The translations under genes were made by a program, and so were the position numbers. The notes under the pieces were generated by a model, which made no database searches, was not told the DNA's origin, and saw only the letters and a program-made list of their open reading frames with translations. From a virus: DNA of 64,000 nt. Location: IMG/VR virus record IMGVR_UViG_3300028384_000991, positions 92,564 to 156,563 of that record; one strand, given 5' to 3'. Every line of letters begins with the position of its first letter. Positions within the stretch are counted from its first letter, which is position 1. Positions 1 to 6,896 of the stretch are shown here, piece by piece.

Positions 1-17
1 CTTTGTAATTGTTATCA

Positions 18-1064
18 TCACCCATTACTAATTGCCTTATATAATGCTTTACCTGAAAAGAACTCTGATTGTAATTTCTGTACTTGTTGTTGTACCGGAA
101 TAATATAATCTTTGTAATTTTCCATATAATTTGTAATTTTAGCCATTAACTGACCCCTATTCAATTTATATGACTCAAAGTCTTTAGTCCATTCACTTGG
201 ATATTTGAATTCTTTTAGTGCCATTTCTGAATAACTTAATCTATCTGGAACCATAGGAATAGTACCTACAAGTGCGCCTTCGTACCAACTAATGCCGAGT
301 GTTTCTTGTAGGTTAGCACTGAACACAAGTTTTGCACGACCTAATAAATTATGATATTCATTTTTACTAAGTTCACGTTCTTGACACACAATAAATTCAT
401 ATTGTGGTAATTGTTCTTTTAAATCTCTAAAAATTTCAACTTGCTTTTCTGGAGCAATACGATGCGGAAATAGTATTAAGTTTTCCTTAGGCATATTTTG
501 ATACATACTAAAACTATTTTTTAAGTACTCCATAGGCCAACCAACACGTTTAGTTTTACTTGGGTCCATCTTAAAACTTTTTGCAAACAAATCTATATGA
601 AAGTCTGTAGCATAAAAGTTGTCATCAAACACTTCATACATACTTTGTTCTGCATGACGAACCCAAGGTTTATCACCTATAAGCCTGCCAAGGAAATCAT
701 GAGGATCATAACTACCAGCGTGCCAAAGGCCACCGATTCTAATGTTACACCCCAGTAACTCAGCCATGTATTTAAGTTGGATAACAGTCGGGTTCCAAGC
801 GTCCGTATATAGGAAATAATCTCCGTCATTTATTTCTCCTTTACAAAACATCTCTCCAATAGTTTCAAGTTGTTTTGATTTGTAAACATTTGTTCCACCG
901 AAGTTAAGAAACGCCCCAGGTGTTGTAGCCTGAGGCGTCTCTCCTCCACTAATGACTTTGACGTCCATATTTGTAGCACGTTGAAGTTGCTTTGGAAGAT
1001 GCTCTTTCCACTGCTTGGTGTAGCGTGTATCTACTGCTTCAATATCTACAATATAAACTGTCAT
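18..1064 (-). CDS. Glycosyltransferase, GT-B fold (GT4-like), candidate DNA-base glycosyltransferase
   Basis: 348 aa; C-terminal FPHRIAPEKQ...ETLGISWYEGALVGTIPMVPD resembles the GT4 E-x7-E donor-binding region. Confidence 0.7.
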   Translation of the reverse strand: MTVYIVDIEAVDTRYTKQWKEHLPKQLQRATNMDVKVISGGETPQATTPGAFLNFGGTNVYKSKQLETIGEMFCKGEINDGDYFLYTDAWNPTVIQLKYMAELLGCNIRIGGLWHAGSYDPHDFLGRLIGDKPWVRHAEQSMYEVFDDNFYATDFHIDLFAKSFKMDPSKTKRVGWPMEYLKNSFSMYQNMPKENLILFPHRIAPEKQVEIFRDLKEQLPQYEFIVCQERELSKNEYHNLLGRAKLVFSANLQETLGISWYEGALVGTIPMVPDRLSYSEMALKEFKYPSEWTKDFESYKLNRGQLMAKITNYMENYKDYIIPVQQQVQKLQSEFFSGKALYKAISNG

Positions 1065-1291
1065 TAATGTCTCCTGTTGAACTTCTTTTTAAAGTTAGGA
1101 CGTGGACGCTTGCCTTTCTTAAAATTGCAAAAGTTACGCCACGCTTCACTTTTATTATTATACAAGTCGCGTTCGTCGAACTTGTATGCACGATGGTATC
1201 CTAACACCCAAGAACTCGCACAAAACTCTTTGAATGCTTCAAGATCGTTAAAGATCTTGTTATACGTTTCACGATCATACTTAATCGCCAT
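1064..1291 (-). CDS. Small hypothetical protein with basic C-terminus
   Basis: Start moved to MAIKYDRE behind a GAGGAG SD; stop overlaps the next start. Confidence 0.6.
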   Translation of the reverse strand: MAIKYDRETYNKIFNDLEAFKEFCASSWVLGYHRAYKFDERDLYNNKSEAWRNFCNFKKGKRPRPNFKKKFNRRH

Positions 1292-1304
1292 TTCATAATA
1301 CTCC

Positions 1305-1748
1305 TCAGTATTTTGCGTACTCGATATGGGCACCATTCTCGCCATCTTCACTGATGTCGATATGTACTTCTCTGCCCGGGAATTTTTCAGCGATCTTTTC
1401 ATAAAGATCATCTGACATCATTTCACATGATTTGTAATCTAAATTTAATGTACCTTCGCTATACAGTTTCTCCATCCATCGTTTAAATTGAATAAACTCA
1501 ATATCTCTGTCGTTGTGTGTAACAGTGATACCTACTTTGAAATGAAAAATGTGTCTGTGTGGATAACCTAAAAATGACACATCATCCCATTCACCTGTTG
1601 CTAACTTAGGATCATCTAAGGCCGCAGGATACTTATGGATACCTTCCTTGCGGAATGTTACCCAAATCATTCTCTTTGCTGTTCGCATGATCTTTTCGTG
1701 TGTTTCTTGTTTCATTGCTTCTTTCATCATTGTATCAGTTATACTCAT
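1305..1748 (-). CDS. QueD/PTPS-like T-fold protein (divergent)
   Basis: H...HRH metal-ligand-like motif (GIHKY...YPHRHIFHF), LNLD..SCE and SEDGENGA matching the PTPS/QueD layout; true start may be the MM at about 1730. Confidence 0.55.
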   Translation of the reverse strand: MSITDTMMKEAMKQETHEKIMRTAKRMIWVTFRKEGIHKYPAALDDPKLATGEWDDVSFLGYPHRHIFHFKVGITVTHNDRDIEFIQFKRWMEKLYSEGTLNLDYKSCEMMSDDLYEKIAEKFPGREVHIDISEDGENGAHIEYAKY

Positions 1749-1777
1749 ACTATACTACCTTTCGTCCTGTTTGTCAA
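1749..1777 (-). promoter_or_regulatory. Sigma70-type promoter TTGACA-17-TATAGT
   Basis: tgtcaa at 1772-1777, actata at 1749-1754, 17-nt spacer. Confidence 0.65.
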
Positions 1778-2303
1778 CCGGATTATCGTTTTCGTATTTG
1801 GACCAATCTGTAAACTTTGAACGATCCTGAAGTTCATGGACCTGATGAATCCATACACCTAAATTGGTTGCTTTAAAGTCTTTGTCGTCAATCTTAATAC
1901 AAGCATTATAATTAAGTTGATCAATATAAGGAAGTTTTACACTGATTTGACTAATGAAACGTGTCTTTTCGTTATATCCAGATTCAAGTACCCATTCGTG
2001 ATACTTTACGTCATAGTCAAGTGTGACATGATATCCTTCTTCAAGCAAACCATAAATTAGTGTATCCCATGCTTTGTTTGTTTCATCATCACCGTGTGGT
2101 AATTTAACTTCGAAACTTTGATTAGCACCTAAGTAAATATGATCTACATGAGTTTCTTTTGCTTTAGCAAGTACTTCATCCAACGGACGACAACCTACTA
2201 TAAACAGTGTATCCATATCGTATGCTGGTGTTTTCTCTACTTCATAACCAGTAAAGTAAACAACATCATCTTTTACAACGCCTTCTGAATAATCACGTTT
2301 CAC
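1755..2303 (-). CDS. Hypothetical protein in DNA-modification cluster
   Basis: 182 aa ORF, start overlaps upstream stop. Confidence 0.7.
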   Translation of the reverse strand: MKRDYSEGVVKDDVVYFTGYEVEKTPAYDMDTLFIVGCRPLDEVLAKAKETHVDHIYLGANQSFEVKLPHGDDETNKAWDTLIYGLLEEGYHVTLDYDVKYHEWVLESGYNEKTRFISQISVKLPYIDQLNYNACIKIDDKDFKATNLGVWIHQVHELQDRSKFTDWSKYENDNPVDKQDER

Positions 2304-2494
2304 TTTTGAAATTCCTTCATTAAGTTTTCAATTTGATCTTTAATTGCCAGTTTAGTTTTTTTTAACTTTAGTAAAAGACTTTTGTGTACAAAAGATCTAT
2401 CATAGTTTCTTTCGTCCTCAAGTTCTTTTACTTTTGCATCATACCATGCATGATGTTCTTTTAGTTTTTCGATTTTCTTACTTGCTTTTGCCAT
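2300..2494 (-). CDS. Small coiled-coil protein, DUF465/YdcH-like
   Basis: KLKEHHAWYDAKVKELE...LKLKKTKLAIKDQI pattern; start at MAKASKK behind GAGGAG. Confidence 0.55.
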   Translation of the reverse strand: MAKASKKIEKLKEHHAWYDAKVKELEDERNYDRSFVHKSLLLKLKKTKLAIKDQIENLMKEFQK

Positions 2495-2495
2495 T

Positions 2496-3953
2496 TTATA
2501 ACTCCTCAAAGAGGTTACCAAATTGCGTTTGGGCATTAACCGTCTTCTTTCCTGTAGCGCCTCGGGTGCCAATGATTGACATCCAAAACTTGTTAAATTC
2601 CTCAATTACAGCATTAGCCTCATCTCTGTTGTCAGTTGCAAAAATTGCTTCAACAACATCTCGGAAGAACAATCTGTCAAAACGTTCTTCTACAAGCATC
2701 GCTGGAATTGTACCTTGATCATACTGTCTGTTTGCTTCTTGTACTGCATTAATGTGACTCCAAACATTATGACCCATTTGAATAGCATAACTAAAACTAT
2801 CCCAACTTGTTTTGCCTTCTTTGCCTATTTTGTTTAAATCGCCTGGTGCGTAAATACAAACATCTTTTGCTTGTAAATTCTGTGTGATAGGACTGTTTAA
2901 GAAACTTCCGTGTTTTCCTTCTCTAACAAACGCATCTCCGAATGGTGTTGTATCTGTTGCAAGTGATTTGTCATCGATACTTGGAACCATTCTATAAACC
3001 CATTTCTTTCTGTCCTGAGTTTCAAGTTCACAGTAGATCTGTCCATTAGCGGTTGCGAGGAAAGGCGAAGCACAATCAAATGTGATAGTAAAGTTTTCAT
3101 TATGATATTTTCTTACTGCTCTTTGTATATCTGTAAGTAGTGTTGCCCACTCTAATTTACTTGTACCTAAGAAGTGCATAAAGTCGTGTTTGCCTTTTTC
3201 AAGCAAACCATCAAAACGTAGTGCAACCATTCTTTTAAGTACAAGGTGAACATCACACATATTCTGACCACCCATTGACCAACCATTAAAATGTGTGTCA
3301 GGATATTTTTTAGGATCACAGTAATCTTTCATTTGCTGATACCAATCTTCTGCATCAGCATGATTTTCTCCTTGCAATACATTTAAGAACTTGCAATTAC
3401 CATTACGATTAGCCATAAAGTAATCGTTATTGATACGTGTAGCATTTACGGCATCTTGATAGTTATCAATACCTGTTGCTTTAGCACCAGCAGGTGAACG
3501 TGATACCCAAGCCGGGATATCAAGTATCATACCATAGTCCATATATGCGTCCATCCAAGTTAACACTTGTTCACGTTTCTTTTTTGCTTTAGGACAATTA
3601 GGATCCTTCCAATCACCTTCCCATACACCTTTACCAATCTGGAAACCACCTGAGTCACCAAGTAACCACGAGTTATTTCTATCTCTGTTTCGAATCATAT
3701 CTTCTTTAGGTGCGTCCTTGTTTACATCAAGTTCTGCGTGTCCTGCGGAATATAAACTCCAGTGATAATTGAACAATCCGTGTTGCGTGTTGAACCAGTT
3801 AAGGCCTTCCATTTCGTTGTTAGGAAAAGGAATACGACTTTTGTCTACGTATTCTTCTTTGCGTTGCTTACCAATAAATGTAGCATAAAAGCCACTAATG
3901 GCAGGCAAAAAGATTGCGTAGTCTTTCTGTTCTTTTGTTAAGTTAGTATTCAA
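2496..3953 (-). CDS. dpdA: tRNA-guanine transglycosylase-like protein, probable DNA 7-deazaguanine insertase (DpdA family)
   Basis: TGT motifs DSGGFQI, MILDIP, NVLQG, HFLG, FDCASP; phage context with two QueD-like genes; TTG start at 3953 behind GGAG (ORF track extends to 3965). Confidence 0.75.
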   Translation of the reverse strand: MNTNLTKEQKDYAIFLPAISGFYATFIGKQRKEEYVDKSRIPFPNNEMEGLNWFNTQHGLFNYHWSLYSAGHAELDVNKDAPKEDMIRNRDRNNSWLLGDSGGFQIGKGVWEGDWKDPNCPKAKKKREQVLTWMDAYMDYGMILDIPAWVSRSPAGAKATGIDNYQDAVNATRINNDYFMANRNGNCKFLNVLQGENHADAEDWYQQMKDYCDPKKYPDTHFNGWSMGGQNMCDVHLVLKRMVALRFDGLLEKGKHDFMHFLGTSKLEWATLLTDIQRAVRKYHNENFTITFDCASPFLATANGQIYCELETQDRKKWVYRMVPSIDDKSLATDTTPFGDAFVREGKHGSFLNSPITQNLQAKDVCIYAPGDLNKIGKEGKTSWDSFSYAIQMGHNVWSHINAVQEANRQYDQGTIPAMLVEERFDRLFFRDVVEAIFATDNRDEANAVIEEFNKFWMSIIGTRGATGKKTVNAQTQFGNLFEEL

Positions 3954-3954
3954 A

Positions 3955-4146
3955 CTATTCTCCAAATGCCTTTATTGCTAACAATGGTACAAGCCATGGG
4001 TAAACTAAATGTTCTACTATTTCGTATAAAACTAAAATAGTTAACACTACTGCCCATACTTTGCTTGTTTTTGCTTTCATGCTTACATACGTAAAGATTT
4101 TTCTGTGCCATTGTCCTATCTTTTCTATTATGCCTGGTTTCTGCAT
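3955..4146 (-). CDS. Small membrane protein
   Basis: MQKPGII start with AAGGAG SD; hydrophobic C-terminal segment. Confidence 0.55.
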   Translation of the reverse strand: MQKPGIIEKIGQWHRKIFTYVSMKAKTSKVWAVVLTILVLYEIVEHLVYPWLVPLLAIKAFGE

Positions 4147-4153
4147 AAACTCC

Positions 4154-4882
4154 TTACTTGGTTTGAGCAGGTAGAATATAATTGTATTCTGCCAAACCAC
4201 TGTCGACTGTAAGTTGCATAGCACCTTGATCTGAAATGCTCATTGTAACTTTACCGTCGAGGTTTAAGATTGCCTGCACTTGGGCAACAGGCCACGCCCA
4301 TGCGTGTTTCAAACTACCTTGCACATCTGGATGGAATACAAATGAACCTGCGTGTTGTGATGCATCACCAAAACTAAACACAAGGTTGTTGTTTTCTGTT
4401 TTAACTGTAAACACAGTTTCCTCAGAGTGTGCTAAACTTTGAAACTTCATACGTTGAATAGCCGCCACACTTGGCTCAACTACTACGTCCCAACTTGCAC
4501 CTTTAAACTTAACAGTTTTAAGTTTCTCTTCAATGATTTGCTTGTTCATAAAGCGATAATCATTTTCAAAGTCACCTGCTTCGTTTTCAAAGTGAATGTG
4601 TGTTGGAACAGTTTCGCCATTTCGATCTGCTTGTTCAACAGTAATTTTTGCATTCTTTTGATACTCAGGACATTTTAAGTGTAATGCTAACTTGTCTAAG
4701 TTAGGCATACCAAATGTACCTGCAAATTCGTTTACTGCATTCTTAGTCTTAGAACTAAGAATAACTGATCTATCTTCTGCCATTGATTCAATGGTAGTAT
4801 CAGTTTCATTTGTTACCTTTACAATGTTAAGAAATCCTAACGAATGTGTATGGGCAACGATGTCTTGTAAAATGTCTTTCAT
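4154..4882 (-). CDS. DNA polymerase sliding clamp (gp45/PCNA-like)
   Basis: 242 aa, size and two-domain alpha/beta pattern of PCNA-type clamps, C-terminal YNYILPA; PolB nearby and RFC loader in window. Confidence 0.65.
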   Translation of the reverse strand: MKDILQDIVAHTHSLGFLNIVKVTNETDTTIESMAEDRSVILSSKTKNAVNEFAGTFGMPNLDKLALHLKCPEYQKNAKITVEQADRNGETVPTHIHFENEAGDFENDYRFMNKQIIEEKLKTVKFKGASWDVVVEPSVAAIQRMKFQSLAHSEETVFTVKTENNNLVFSFGDASQHAGSFVFHPDVQGSLKHAWAWPVAQVQAILNLDGKVTMSISDQGAMQLTVDSGLAEYNYILPAQTK

Positions 4883-5643
4883 GGTTGGTCTCCTATTGTT
4901 ACATTATATTTAGAAAATGCTTCTTTGTCAAGTGTTTTTTCTTGGCTAACGAAGTCAATTACATCAATTCTCGCTTTGAATCCAATACTGTTTAATTGAG
5001 TTGTATCAGCAGTATTGTCCTTGCGTTCTTGTTTTCCTCCTTCACGCATTGGAACTTTAATCCCTTTTGCTTGAATAAGTTTTGATAAATGATAAGACTT
5101 GCCTGTGCCTATATCAATTATACCTTTTAGATTACTATGCATTATCATAGTAACTGCTCTACACACATCAGCAATGTGTATAAAATCTCTTGAATGATTG
5201 TTAATATATTCAACATCATTTCTCATAAGTTTTGGAATAAACATATTAGGTCTTGCATCTGATCCATAAATGGTTGTGAATCTTAAACCAACTGCATTGT
5301 CGGGTGCTTCTTTTTCCATAATATGTTTTGTATATGCATATGGATTTCTTTCAGGTTCTTTAGCAGTGCTTGAACTTGCATAGTAGATAGGAACACTGTA
5401 AAAGTCAAATAATCTTTTAGTTGCTTCTACATTGTTTTTCCAATACTCCATAGGTGAATCAAAACTTTCTCTTACTCCGCTCTTACCAGCCAAATGCACA
5501 ACAGCATCTACTTCTGGTAAGTCACAGGTATTTAGGTCTGTACCTAATTTAAGATCAATAAATGTCATATCGTAAATACCACGCCAAAACATTTTTAATG
5601 TTGATCCAAGCATTCCTTCGCTACCTGTGAGTAAAATTTTCAT
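4879..5643 (-). CDS. NAD-dependent epimerase/dehydratase (extended SDR)
   Basis: TGSEGMLG Rossmann motif, VHLAG, ASSS, YAYTK (YxxxK), RDFIHIAD. Confidence 0.9.
   Translation of the reverse strand: MKILLTGSEGMLGSTLKMFWRGIYDMTFIDLKLGTDLNTCDLPEVDAVVHLAGKSGVRESFDSPMEYWKNNVEATKRLFDFYSVPIYYASSSTAKEPERNPYAYTKHIMEKEAPDNAVGLRFTTIYGSDARPNMFIPKLMRNDVEYINNHSRDFIHIADVCRAVTMIMHSNLKGIIDIGTGKSYHLSKLIQAKGIKVPMREGGKQERKDNTADTTQLNSIGFKARIDVIDFVSQEKTLDKEAFSKYNVTIGDQP
4903..4931 (-). promoter_or_regulatory. Consensus sigma70 promoter TTGACA-17-TATAAT for clamp/dpdA unit
   Basis: tgtcaa at 4926-4931, attata at 4903-4908; also overlaps a TAAATA motif. Confidence 0.8.
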
Positions 5644-6032
5644 GCGGCTAATTCTTCCTGAATATATCTTTTTAATTCTTTGTCTTGTACGTCTGTAGGT
5701 ATTTCATTTTTATAAAAAATTCTATAACTGTCAGAACCGTACTTACCAATGCCATATAGTTGTGTAGCATCTTCACCATCCCAATCACCAAACTGTTCAC
5801 TCATTCGATATAATCTTTCTGCTCGAACACGTTGCATACCTAATGGTTGTAGTACATCTTCAATTTCTTTTTTAGTAGCATATAGCAAACTACTATGTGT
5901 AGGCCAACGTCTAAAAAACTCTGTAAGCACAGGTTTAGTTTGACGTCTGTTTACTTGATTAAGACAAATAACACCAACCATATGTTGCCATACATTGTCT
6001 ACTTGTTGTTGAACCATTAGATCATCACGCAT
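5640..6032 (-). CDS. HhH-GPD DNA glycosylase, MBD4-like
   Basis: ICLNQ, LQPLGM..RA, LYGIGKYGSDSYRIF and D-K-E-L closely follow the MBD4 catalytic domain. Confidence 0.85.
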   Translation of the reverse strand: MRDDLMVQQQVDNVWQHMVGVICLNQVNRRQTKPVLTEFFRRWPTHSSLLYATKKEIEDVLQPLGMQRVRAERLYRMSEQFGDWDGEDATQLYGIGKYGSDSYRIFYKNEIPTDVQDKELKRYIQEELAA

Positions 6033-6357
6033 CGTATCTCTTTCCATCAAACACACAAACAAATTCTAACCAATAGTCGCCGGTGTTATGAACTTTGTGA
6101 AATACATTATCTTCAATTAAAACAATGTCACCTTCTTTAACGTCAAATATTTTATGATCAAGTTCCATTTTACCTGTACCTTTTGTAAACATATAAACTT
6201 CTTCTTGACCTGCGTGTCTATGTCCATTTGTACTTTGACCCGCTCGTAACTTTGTTTTACTGAGCATCAAGTTCTTTAATGTCTTATTATCAAACAATTG
6301 ATACTGTGCATTATCTTTAATTAACTCACCGCCTACATCAAAGTTTTCATATTTCAT
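6025..6357 (-). CDS. Cupin domain protein
   Basis: GHRH..QEEVY...G.G and FHKVHNTG cupin motifs. Confidence 0.85.
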   Translation of the reverse strand: MKYENFDVGGELIKDNAQYQLFDNKTLKNLMLSKTKLRAGQSTNGHRHAGQEEVYMFTKGTGKMELDHKIFDVKEGDIVLIEDNVFHKVHNTGDYWLEFVCVFDGKRYDA

Positions 6358-6896
6358 TTCTTTACTCCAAAATGTTTATAGGATTGCTGTACACACTTTG
6401 CTTGATAGTAACAGTCTGCAAGTGCATTGTGTAAACTTTCTTGTATTGCTTTACGTGGATCACTTGGCATCATAGCAAACAATGTTCTACTATCTCTAAT
6501 TTGCCAATAGTTCCAAGGCACAGGTTTTTGTGCTTCTTTATATAAACTTTGTAATATAACAAAATCAAAAGTAGGACCTTGACACCAAATGTAATCTAAG
6601 CCAACTGCCCATTTGTTAAGTTGTTTAAGCATTTCTTGTACACCTACTCTATCTGTGTGTTCACCAAATGCTTCATCTTGTATTGCTTGATCTTGTTTAC
6701 TCCACCAAGCAAGAGTATTATCATCAATTGAACGATTAAACTTTTCTGTTTGTTCTTCTACATCACCACGCAGGTATAATCCACTATGTGGCTCCGTATC
6801 TGAGAACGGATCAAACTTAATTGCACCAAGTGTCATAACAACACTGTCAGGCTCAACGCCAAGTGTCTCTAAGTCTATCATACCGTGAGTAGCCAT
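6354..6896 (-). CDS. DEDDh 3'-5' exonuclease (DexA/Rv2179c-like)
   Basis: MIDLETLG, FDFVIL, RDSRT, HNALADC. Confidence 0.85.
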   Translation of the reverse strand: MATHGMIDLETLGVEPDSVVMTLGAIKFDPFSDTEPHSGLYLRGDVEEQTEKFNRSIDDNTLAWWSKQDQAIQDEAFGEHTDRVGVQEMLKQLNKWAVGLDYIWCQGPTFDFVILQSLYKEAQKPVPWNYWQIRDSRTLFAMMPSDPRKAIQESLHNALADCYYQAKCVQQSYKHFGVKK

